Shown: piece after piece, positions 40,352-52,099 of the stretch
Layout: each line of letters opens with the position of its first letter
How positions within the stretch are numbered: the first letter of the stretch is position 1
DNA from: Phoronis australis
Taxonomy: Eukaryota; Animalia; Phoronida
NCBI GenBank assembly: GCA_002633005.1
Contig: NMRA01000858.1
Location: 9,293 to 73,292 of the forward strand
Length of the DNA stretch: 64,000 bases
Direction of reading: 5' to 3'
Program-made: the position numbers and the translations under genes
The notes under the pieces: generated by a model
The model's database searches: none
Told to the model about the DNA's origin: nothing
The model's input: the letters and a program-made list of their open reading frames with translations, nothing else

Positions 40352-40724
40352 CTACAAAGATGCAGTTACACGTGTCTAATAAGATCCTTAATGTTGATTT
40401 CCTCAAAGTTGTATTTCCCTTTGCTTAGAGATCAGCAAAAACACATTCAAAACCAAGTCATTCACCCCTACAGAATCAGCCGCGAAATTTTGTTTCACAA
40501 CAGGACTTTAACTGTATTACACAATGAGACCAATTACACACAGTCAAACTGAATGGCAGGTTATCTCTCAATTCCACATGACTGTTGGGAAACTATTAAC
40601 ATTATTATTTATTGATGATATTTATTAGAAGTGGGTAGACCAAAAATTAATAGCAATGTTCTTAATCGGGGATCGTGGTAAACAGTCCAATAAGACATTA
40701 AAGGTAGTGAACATGATACTGCTG

Positions 40725-43700
40725 CAGTAAAAATTCCCGAATTTAGGAAAGTCTCCTCATTTTCGGACACCTAAATCCAATCCCAAACTGAATTTTTTTG
40801 ATTCTGAAATGTGGGACACGGTCGAATTTGGCATTCACCAAATTTCTAAGATTTCGGACCCAACGATTTTAGCGGCATTGGACGTAATTCTCACATTTCG
40901 GAAAGTGCACTTTTTCGAATGATCAGTGATTATCTATGCATCGTTTAAATTTGACACCGGTGTCATGTATTGACTGACGTCGCAGTCTATAGTTATCGAT
41001 GTGGATGATTTGTGCATATCTCGCACATTTTCTTGGCAGTCGTAATCATGCCATGCTTGATTGCAGTTTCACTGTGCCAATGAAATGCATGTTCTCCAAC
41101 TTTCGTGTTAATTGCCAGTGTCACGCTTTGTTTTTTGATTAACAGCTAATAATAAGTACCAGTTCACGTCTTCAATATTTAACCATCCTCGCGGAGCCCT
41201 GACCTCCACTATGCCATGCGCCCGAATTGGCGAAACAATGCTGTTCAGTGTCAAGTTAAAACAGACTTTGAGAAAAGCAAAAATCAATGTCCTAGTTTGT
41301 CGTGCAGTATATGGTAAAATGTTCATGTTGTAAATATATCTTTATGTCCCTCTACTGACATTCTATTTACTAGCCTATTTTGTATCTACCCGTAGACATC
41401 CAGGGTTACCGCTTAAATTGGGAATCTAAAAAACAGGGAAAGAGCGATAAGCCGAGCATGAGCCCTTAAAAGTAAGTCAGGAGTGGGTACTTATTGCACG
41501 GAGGACTGACTTTTATCCTCACGGAGCTACACTGATGTTGGACTTCTAACTACCTCAGTTAAAATATTCATCAATGGATTGAAGTAACAGACTTCAACTG
41601 CTTGAAGTGGAATATTGCACACGATGCAGTGGCGCCGTCATCCCGAGTGTGATTGGGTATTTACGAAGATTGGTCGCTGCTCTTCATGTCTTAAAACTAA
41701 GGTAGCCGTGCATTCAGTAGGGCAAATTTCCCGAGAAAAAAGCAAGATCATGCAAGGCTCCACTAGTTCGCCATTAATTTCTAAAAGAAGCGGATGATTT
41801 TGTTGAGATTTGCTCCTCGCTAGACACTTAGGCAACCAAACACGTGCTAATGATTGACAGGTCTTAATTCTTCGAACCTAGTTTGAAAGCCAACACTGTG
41901 GAACCTTATTTACATTATCTCGTTAGCTGTTTCGGTGGGACTGTTTGAGTGACAGGTGACTCATAAGTATGTCGCACCCGCTGCAGGCCCCTAGCCAGGG
42001 GGGTTCGCGGGGTACGATTGAACCCCCCTCCGAGGAAAAGGTCCAGCCCTACCCTATCCCATAGGATAAAATAAGATTTAGATGGACAACAAAATTGTTG
42101 TAACTACTAGTTTTACTAACTACAATCCTAAGCAACTTAAAATTAATTTTGAATTTGTTTCTTTGTAAATCGCTTCACATAGTCATTGAGTCGTATCCAG
42201 ACCGAGTGGTGACTGCATAGATGACGATTAGAAGAGGCTTGATGTTATTCATTGGCATTGAAAGAGCGAGTGGTCTCTACACGATAGGGTAATATGGAAG
42301 TCTACAAGTAAATGCCTATGCCTAGCTCAAACCATATAACATTGAGAGAGCTCCCCAAAGTAGTGCCAGCTGAATGCCTTAAAATCGACAAAAAAAATAA
42401 AACAGCAGAATTGAAAGGGTTTGTTATTTGCTACTTTGGTGTACTTTCTATCATATTATGGATAAAGTGCTGGCATTTTCAAATTTCGAATTGAAAGTGA
42501 TCGTCAAATATATAGTTCATCAAGTGTCCAATTAGACTGTGGATTGGTGGATTGACATGTATGCGTGTACACGTGTGTGTGTTTCCGTTCTTTTAAATTC
42601 ACTACACGCCGTCGGTAAGTTCACCGACTTCACTGTCGTTTCTCAAAAATCAGACATTTAGCTACCATGACTTCTGCACTGATCAATCCCCGAATGTTCA
42701 CATTGTTATGTAAGTCTAAACCTAATTAAAACTTTGATCAATGAAGAAAGTCTTCTCTTATAGATCAATGTCAATGGTGCACAGCCTCACAGATTTCATA
42801 CAAGCAACAATCTTGTGGAAAAAGTTTTCTAAGGTTACATGGAAGGTTCACTACTCCGAAGGCTTGCTTATAACCATCGGAAGTTCACTATTTCAAATGT
42901 CCACAATATTCCAAAACCAGAAATCCGACAGTTCATTACTCTGATGTTCTACTAATGATTCAGAACTGACATGAATAAAGTGTCGTATTTGTGTCTATTT
43001 AGTAATCATTTAAAGGGTGTGCAAGAGTTGAATAGTCTCAAAATGTCGATTTACATTGTTTACAGAAGAGCCCAGTTCCAATCACGGGCAATCGTTATTC
43101 TTGAATCTAACTACAGACTCATTCTCAATTAGGGACATATCATCTGGGGCATGGGTCAGAGATGTGGCGACCATTGGTGGATTTAAATTTAAGAAGAGTG
43201 AATGAGACTTTATGAAGAGTGGCAGTGACAGGGTAGCCTACTAACTACATTTAGTGTTGATCTGACCATGCGAGTACTTGCAATGGGCGAGGTTGAAGCG
43301 CAGCAGCCCTAAACTTTTCTGTCGCGCGGTGAGATATTGCGATCTTGACATGGGATTGATGAATGTATCGTGGTTGATAATTCATCAACATTCCTACCTC
43401 ATATTCTTTTAGAAATGGAAGCACATACTCATTTTTCCATACTCGTAAGACATGCGGACAATTTCATATGCACATGAAATCGTAACAAAGTGATTTATTA
43501 GCCAGGTGTATTTTTGTCAGTATATTTGCATCTAATAACCGAAGTGTCGCTTATTTTCGCATGTAACTATAGAACAGTTACACCTGAGTAAGAAATTTTA
43601 GACATTTTCGGAGTAATGAACCTTCGAAGTAGTGAACCTTCGGAATACTCTTTTGGAATAACGGGCTGTTCCCATTTCCAGCGATGTAAGCAACTTTTAA

Positions 43701-44480
43701 CAAAACTACATGATGAAAAATTACGTCAAGTTATGCTCAGACTAAATATTACTGTCAGAGTATATAACGAGGTGTAATCACTCATTTAAAAAAGTTCGAT
43801 TTGAAAGTTTGGCAGGAGGTAACACGAAAACATGAGGCCTATATTGATCATTATGTCCAAATTTGAGTCCTGTTTTCTGCGAGCAAACGTTAAAACATCC
43901 TCATTTCTTATCCGTATTATCTCAGGAATATAAAGCTGAGAACCATCGTTGGCGTGGATACAGTTTTCCGTTCCCCATAATTAAGCTTCAAGCGCCACAT
44001 CAAAAAAATCGAGTGTCAACGTTTGCAAAAGGTCCACCTTTCTAAAAATTCGAACCACTCCCCGCGCAATGCTGGCTACGGGCCTGCGCTGCCCAGAAAC
44101 AAACCAGGGTTACATATACTGCAGTCGCATCATCTGCATTTGGTTTGTGAACAGTTAAACAAGAAGACCTAAAGCACCAATGCATATTGCTAATAATCAG
44201 TCAAGGCATGTTACACAACAAATATTTAATTACATTTTCCATCACAAAGTCTGGTAAGCCGATTGTGTTCAGAGTCAGTAACATCACTGTTTATGTTTTT
44301 GAGACCTTGTTTGAATTTCTTGTCAGCATTAACGATCATGAAACAGTTGTTGGCAGCAGACTGTATAAATTCTAGGATTTCAGACGCCAAAGATATTGTC
44401 GTCTTTCTCATATTTCTAAAATTTTTGACAAGTTCAAAACAATAATTTTTTCGCTGTCTGAAATTCAGGAATTTTTACCG
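40725..44480. mobile_element. pogo/Tigger-like non-autonomous element containing a nested hAT element
   Basis: 20-bp TIRs CAGTAAAAATTCCCGAATTT and CGGTAAAAATTCCTGAATTT (2 mismatches). TA on the right flank, TG on the left; TTTCGGAC subterminal repeats. Confidence 0.65.
41984..44086 (+). mobile_element. hAT-like element with 5-bp TSD, 2.1 kb
   Basis: 15-bp TIRs CAGGCCC(C/G)TAGCCAG and a perfect CGCTG TSD (41979-41983, 44087-44091). Possible hAT dimerisation-domain remnant (LINEESLLL*INVNG) at ~42730-42780. Confidence 0.8.
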
Positions 44481-44564
44481 TATGTCTTTATGAGGAAGAA
44501 CAGCGTCGTATTATAGTATAAACTGCCTGAGAAGGTTTAAGAGCGTAAATGTCACACTTGTTAC

Positions 44565-44776
44565 CTTAATGTGGTAGACACAGTAATTGTCCACCTTGTT
44601 ATCCAGATGGAACTTGAGAGACTGGAACTGCCTGTGTGTTAGGGGCATTTTTGTGCAGACGGCCATTCCACAGCTGACATAATCTCCAAGATGTTACCAC
44701 GCAGATCTTTTTGACGTGACATCACATTGTACACAGCATCAACAAATGGTGTGGGATGCAACTCTCTCTACATATT
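44565..44776 (-). pseudogene. Possible further degenerate LRR exon of the Roco gene
   Basis: TTTTTCAG acceptor and AAG|GTAACA donor. PFVDAVYNVMSRQKDLRGNILEI is LRR-like, but there are stops and the phase is unresolved. Confidence 0.3.
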
Positions 44777-45621
44777 CTGAAAAAGACATTCTATTTATAA
44801 AACAAAAGCAAGACCAACAAACCTGGACAACATGTTACAAGGAGGTTTTACAAACAATTATTTTTATCTCAATGCCATCTTCATGCCATGAATTTTACGC
44901 TTACACAAAAGTCACGCATTTCTAAACATATGCGTGACTTTCCACCTTTCCTCCTCAGAGCCGCTTTTACCGAGATCAAAGGGAGCATGGTGCCAGAGTC
45001 GGACTTAGTTGCGATGACTGCATTGTCTGGTGAGAACAAGACCCAATTAAGTGTAATTACTTGACCATAAACTGCAGTAAATATCTACGCCTGTATATAC
45101 TGGCGAATTTTCAAAATGCATTAACCAATTGTTTTTGTTGAAAACAAATACCACAGCTGTATTCAGACGAAAAAACAGCAATGTTTGGATTATTCTTTTA
45201 ATATACAACTAAGGTACATTAAAACATCTAAATAAACAACACACAGTAATTTTTAAAATATCACTTATAGCCCATTGCATGCCGAATTATTTTACTCCAG
45301 GAGTAGTACACTAACCGGAAAACTGATATTTGTGGAAATGCACCGATTTCGATCTTAGCTTGTAGTTGTGAATGAACACCTGTGAAGACAACTAAGACAG
45401 CTAGCTCTGTAGTCAACGAGAGAGTGCAAGCGGTGGACGAGGTTGGTCTGTGGGCAAGACCTGTGATTTCATTTTTAAGACTGAGGAAAAGCTAGAATAG
45501 TTATGTAGTTACTGCAACCAAAACTGTCCAGAGTTTCCAAATTTTCAGTTTGGCTATCACCATATTTGCACTTTTGTATATATTTAATGATTTGAGTTCT
45601 AATAGAGACTGAACTTGAACN

Positions 45622-46200
45622 TCACCTTAAAACCACCACTTCCCTGCCGATGCTGGACTTAAGCCAACAATAGATTCCCAAACAAATTTCCTACAGATTC
45701 CAAAAATGTGGTCCAAAAGTACTATCAACCAACTAGATTTTACAAATCTGGCTTGCACGAGGGCTACATGAAATCACAGCCAATTTCTCAGTTGCTACAC
45801 AGCAATGCACAACTGCATCAGGGGCCACAATCTTGAAGAAGAGCGCAGCTACAGTCAAGAAAGTGGCCTTTTTTCATTCTCATCATGTTCACAAATACAA
45901 ACAAAACATATTCAAAAAAATGCTAAATCATCAGTTTTCACCCTAAAACCACCACTTCCCTGCCAATGCTGGACTTAAGCCAACATTAGATTCTGAAAAA
46001 AAATTCCTACCAATTCCAAAAAAGTGGTCCAAAAATACTGTCAACCAACTAGTTTTTTTATAAATCTAGCTTGTATGAGGGCTACCTCAATTTCTCAGTT
46101 GCTACGTAGCAATGCACAATTGCAACAATGCATGGGCCACCATCTTGAAGATTTAGAGTGCAGCTACAGCCAAGAAAGTGTCCTTTTTTCATTCTCAGCA
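45622..46200. repeat. Diverged tandem duplication, period ~315 bp
   Basis: AAAACCACCACTTCCCTGCC...GGACTTAAGCCAAC at ~45630 and ~45945, similar over ~250 bp with many substitutions. Confidence 0.75.
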
Positions 46201-46638
46201 TTTCAAACTGTCATGAATTCTCATGATGATCAAGTGAAAGTGAGTCATATCATGTTTTTTCATTGAACTCTGGCAAAAGGAAGAGTTGTTACATAATAGT
46301 TCCTGTGAGTAGTGACCTCAGCATATCAATGTTATTGTTTCAGTGCATCTGGTTGTCTGGTAAACAAGTCATTTTCCATATATGGCATGCCAGGACGAGA
46401 TTGTGGAATTCCATTCATAAAAGTTTACTATTTGTGTTGATGTCACAGGAACCCACTCAAATACACCCAAAACCCACACATATTTTGAGTTGCTATATAT
46501 ACTGTACTTAGAGCCAATAAACTTTGTGTGTTCTTATAGCCTTCAATCGATGTAGTCAGTTTTTATCTCCATCTAACAAGCAACGAACCGGTTAGACTCC
46601 ACAGCAGTCTACAACCTCATCAAATACCCCACATTTGT

Positions 46639-49600
46639 TGGTGCCAAGTGAACCGAGATGGAGAAACTCATGAACAAGAGGAGAGCACACCGCGGCAAGA
46701 TCACTCAAAACCTTGCCGCCCCACGTAATATTCTACAGCAAGAGAATATTACCACGGAAGAACTGGATGCAGTCAATGCACATATTCAACTCTGCCACGA
46801 CAAAGTCAAACTACTTGCCAAGCTGGACGACGAGATCGCCGACATGAAATTCTGGTGAAGGCACAGAACAGTTCTCACAGGTTTGCCTATCGGAACACAC
46901 GTCAATGTACTCTTTACTCTNGGATGCAGTCAATGCACATATTCAACTCTGCCACGACAAAGTCAAACTACTTGCCAAGCTGGACGACGAGATCGCCAAC
47001 ACCACCCCAACGACAGAAATCGAAGCCTTTTATGAAGAGTCGGCCTAGTACTTCGACAACGTCAGCATGACACTGTTGAACCTAAGGCAGCAACGAGACA
47101 AGAAGCAAGGTGTCACAACCTCCCTCCCAATGGCAGGAAGTCTACTGACAGGAGCAGCCCATCAAAGCCCCCCTACACCCCAGGATCCGTGGACACAACA
47201 GCGCCTGCAGTCGCAGCCACAAGCACAGCCACGGCCCCCAGCCCACTAGCGACCAAGCGATTCAACCTCCCCAAACTTCAACTACCAACATTCAGCGGTA
47301 ATATACTACAATGGCTGACGTTTTAAGATCACTTCAATGCCGCCGTTAACGCCGACACGAGTCTTGCCCCTGTACAGAAACTGCAATACCTGCGAGCTCA
47401 ACTTTCTGGAGATGCAGCCAAAGTTATAGAGGGACTACCACTAACTAACGCGAGCTATGATGAAGCCATAGACCTCCTAAAAACAAGGTACGGAAGAACA
47501 GAATTGCTTGTGAATTCATATATGCAGGCGATTCTGGACTTGAAGCAGCCGAGCAATGATGTTAACAGCCTCAGAAAGTTCCACGACAGCATTGAAACTT
47601 ATATTCGAGGACTGAAAACCCTTGGAAAAGCAGCGGACAGCGACATGATCGTCTCAATAATACAGCGAAAAATTCCGCCTCAAGTCAAGACACAAATGCA
47701 CCGAGATCACGCTGGTGATTCATGGACCCTCCAACAACTAATGACCGCCCTGTTGAAAGAAATTGACGCCAACTCTGCTGGAGAGTCATCGCAAAATCAT
47801 GATGTGAGTACGACTGAACATTTTTCTACCTCAAGTTTCCATGTGAATGCCCGCTTCCGCACATCTGGTCCCCCAAGGCCACGTCAACCAAGATGTGTTT
47901 ATTGTAAACAAAGCCATCAAACCCATACCTGTACCGTCATCACAGATGTGAAGAAAAGAATGGAGATTTTGAAACGCGATCGACTGTGCTTCAATTGTTT
48001 GTCCAACAAACACATCAAGAAAGACTGTCAATCTAAGTTTTCATGCCGCACATGTGGACAGAAGCATCACACAACAATTTGTCAGACTACTAGTACTACA
48101 ACTGGAAACGCAACGAGAGAGAATACTCAACCTACGCCACAATCCACGAATACTGTGCCAACAGACCCCACCCCCAAGGACACCCATGTCAAGTTAACTC
48201 CAACGTCTGGACCAATACTGCTGAAAACTGCGTCCGCCACTATCAAGAACGGCTCAACTCAGATCCAAGTGAACGTCCTGCTCGACGAGGGTTCACAACG
48301 TACTTTTGTGACCCAACAAGCTGCCCAGCGATTGCACATCAATCCAAACAACTGCCCAAGGGAAACGATTAACCTGTCAACATTTGGTGATGACAAGTCA
48401 ACTCCACATCAGAACGCCATAACAACACTGGAACTGGACACACGCCAAGGTACTTGTGAATTTGTCGGCTATTATTGTGCCGAAAATTTCAACGCCCATC
48501 AAGAATTTTGTCCCGACTGTGATGGCTCACCACGATTACCTGAAGTATCTACCTACTGCTTCCCATGTAACAGATCCTAACTTCGACATTGATTTACTGA
48601 TTGGAGCTCATTATTACTGGTCAATTGTCGGAGACACTACACTTAGAGGTCCAGGGCCCACTGCTGTCGATTCTAAGCTCGGATATTTATTGTCAGGACC
48701 AATAAATACTCCAACTGATACTGCACTGATGGTCAACGCTACCTGCATGCAAGTTACTGTTGATTCACACCAAGACGAGAAAATGGCTTCCATTTACTGG
48801 GATTTGGAAGCAATTGGAATCAGTGACAACACTGAGGATGAAAAGTTTGACTTAAATGACTACTGCGCTAACAGTATCACACGAGATGATGATGGAAATA
48901 TACTGCCCGATTACCCTGGAAAGCTGACCACAACCCCTTGCCCACCAATTACACTGTCACCCAGGCCCGTACACGATCCATGGTTCGTCGACTTGATGAC
49001 AACACACGCCAGATTTATCACAGAATCATACAGGAACAACAAGACAGAGATTTTATCGAGCCTGTACCTGATGACAACACAGTAGGTCATTACAATACCA
49101 CACCACTCAGTGAAGAAGGACAGTGAAACTACCCCCATTCGAATTGTTTACGATTGCAGCTGTTCCACGCAACATAACCCAAACCTCAACGACTGTCTGG
49201 AAGCAGGAACGCCCCTACTGAATGACCTTGTCTTGATCCTGATACGTTTTCGCACCAAGACAGTCGCATTCACAAGCGATATCGAGAAGGCATTTTTAAA
49301 CGTCCGGTTACATCAGGCTGACCGCAACTACACGAAATTTCTGTGGCTAACTGATCCAGCGAATCCAGAAAGTGAATTTCAAGTGTACAGATTCAAGTCC
49401 GTCCTATTTGGTTCCCGCTCCAGTCCGTTCATCCTGAACACAGTCATCAAAACACATTTGGACAATTATGATGATCCTGTGACCAGCGACATACAACAGA
49501 ATATTTACGTTGATAATATTTTAAGTGGTGTTACATTAACTAACGACCAAGAAGATTCCTCTCAACAAGCAGTGAAATACTACACCAAGGCTAATGGTGT

Positions 49601-49936
49601 TATGCAACAAGCTGGCTTTAATTTGAAGTCATGGGCCACAAATGACCCCATTCTACAAGCCAAAATAAATGCAGATGGTAATGGAGATGCCAATCAAAAT
49701 GTCAACGTCCTAGGGCTGCAATGGAACACAGCTACAGATTACCTAATGTATACACCACAGTCAACTCAACCTCATGGTGAAGTGACCAAGCGACAAGTGC
49801 TGAAATTGACATCTACCTGTTTGACCCCCTTGGATTTCTGTCCCCAGTTCATGTCAAGGCTAAACTATTAATCCAACAACTGTGGCAGGAGAAATGGAAC
49901 TGGGACGACCCACTCTCATCTACACTATATGAGCAA
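46639..49936 (+). mobile_element. BEL/Pao LTR retrotransposon 1 (gag-PR-RT), truncated at the start of RNase H
   Basis: TGGTGCC PBS-like site just before ATG 46658. DUF1759-type gag (LPKLQLPTFSG), CCHC knuckles, protease LLDEGSQRTF, RT motifs IRIVYDCS, DIEKAFL and IYVDN. Several stops and frameshifts. Confidence 0.95.
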
Positions 49937-51314
49937 TGATGTGGGTTTATATTGCACAAAGATGAAACCCGAGGTGGTTCGTATGATGTATTAAAAGCTT
50001 CTGATGAGATAGTATAAGGATGTTACATATAACATGCAAGTGAACCTACTCGACCAATCAGAATGTGCGCCAAATATAAAACTAACCAGTGGGGAAGATA
50101 ACCTTGAACTGAACAAGAGCCGCCAAATATAAAACTAACCAATGGGGAAGATAACCTTGATTTGAACAAGAGCAGTAAACAACCAAGCTAAACAACCAAG
50201 AAAACCTGTCACAAACACATTCCAAAATTCTCCCCGGGGCGCCAAAAATGTTGAACATAATAGTAAATGGTCGAAACCAGAAATAAATCAGGCAAACAGT
50301 AAATATTAAGTCAATACGGAAATAAAACAGCAAACAAATGTGAAACAAGACAGACAATAAGCATAGTAAACAAGATATATATGTCACAATCGAGTAAGTT
50401 ATATAGAGTCCGTATCATGCAGTTTATGCTGACGTTTCCAAAGGGTAAAGTTTCTTAATGGGTCTACTGGTTAGTCCGTTTTTCGTTTTGAGAACCACAG
50501 AACGCACATGTCCATCGTTACCGCGATTGAGTTTTTCCACTTTGCCCATATTCCACATGACACGTGGGGTATTTTCGTCATGTATAAGAACGATGTCACC
50601 ACAACTTATGTTCACGGATTGGCAACCAGATTTGATAGTGTGATACTCGCGAAGAGATGCAAGATATTCGTATTTCCATCGCCGAGTAAAGGCATGTAAC
50701 AGGTTGGAACGTCGTACGCATCGTTGCTCTACTGCTGACGCCCCAAAATCTGGGTCGTCGATTTCATCATCATCCACTGAATTGAATGGTAAACAACTGA
50801 GGCGGCGCCCATGCAATAAGTGAGCCGGAGTAAGCGGATTGGGGTCCTGTATGTCACTAGACAGAAATGTGATCGGTCTGTCGTTAAGAAGACACTCACA
50901 TTCAACAAGCAGAGTGCGCATCTCCTCAAAGTGAAGTTTCGATCGTCCAAGTATTTTCTTAATCGTCGTTTTGGTAATGCCTATCAATCTTTCCCAGAAA
51001 CCACCATACCATGGGGCACGCTGAGGGATGAATTTCCATTGCACGCAGTGGTGAGCCAGGTGATTTTGAACATTGTCAGAGCCCATAAGGTGTTGAATAT
51101 CTGTTACAGATCCCTGGAAGTTCGATCCATTATCAGATAACAAAATGCGAGGCACTGATCGTCTACTGACAAAACGCCTAAACGCCTGGAGAAATGAAAT
51201 TTCTGACATGTCTTGAACTAATTCCAAGTGAATGGCGTGTGTGGTGGCACATGTGAAAAGACAAATGTATGCTTTCAAGTCACGTCCATGATGCTGTTTA
51301 ATTGACAAATGTCC
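49937..51314 (-). mobile_element. BEL/Pao element 2: integrase C-terminal part, PPT and 3' LTR (~49937-50228)
   Basis: Integrase motifs KAYICLFTC, SDNGSNF, APWYGGFWERL and LNDRP, plus the DUF5641-type tail RPIKKLYPLE. PPT-like CCCCGGGGAGAA at ~50228-50239. The LTR has a duplicated ~51-bp unit. It is inserted antisense into element 1. Confidence 0.9.
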
Positions 51315-52099
51315 NNNNNNNNNNNNNNNNNNNNNNNNNNNNNNNNNNNNNNNNNNNNNNNNNNNNNNNNNNNNNNNNNNNNNNNNNNNNNNNNNNNNNN
51401 NNNNNNNNNNNNNNNNNNNNNNNNNNNNNNNNNNNNNNNNNNNNNNNNNNNNNNNNNNNNNNNNNNNNNNNNNNNNNNNNNNNNNNNNNNNNNNNNNNNN
51501 NNNNNNNNNNNNNNNNNNNNNNNNNNNNNNNNNNNNNNNNNNNNNNNNNNNNNNNNNNNNNNNNNNNNNNNNNNNNNNNNNNNNNNNNNNNNNNNNNNNN
51601 NNNNNNNNNNNNNNNNNNNNNNNTATATAAGAGACAAGTTTTTTTAAAAGCAATTATCAACGTTCAATCTTAGAAGTGTCTACAAAGAGAATTTCAACTT
51701 CAAATACATTCCGATATAGCAGGCAGGTTAAGCAACATCTTGCCACTTGTGACTGGCCTGAAAAGTGGTCTTGGATTTTTCTCCCCTGCTGGAAATTTAA
51801 TTGTACCTATGAGTAGCAAATTTCATTTTCTTACCAAACTTACATGACTCTTTATGACCATTAATGTCAAACTTTGTCACCAATTTTCCAAGTCTGATTT
51901 TTTGCCGTTCAAAAAATGCAGTTTTACTGACATGAAAAAATGCAAAATATGACTTCATAGCCAAATAGGTCATATCTCGGTAACCAAAGTTCATTGAGTG
52001 CAAATATTGCAGCAGTGTACTTTGGGCCAGCATCCCAACACATGCACAAAGTATTAGTTCTGTATGAATTTTTGAGTATATAGTGATTTTTCATTTTCA

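Noticed and set aside
6684-46997. Near-identical tandem duplications at single Ns (6779, 14053, 23250, 24072, 25922, 30046, 32409, 34767, 36172, 46921)
   Set aside because: Each duplicate starts or ends exactly at an N and differs by a few SNPs or indels. This is typical of unmerged contig overlaps or alternative haplotypes, so they are treated as assembly artefacts.
51275-51673. ORFs spanning the N-run
   Set aside because: They are open only because of gap characters.
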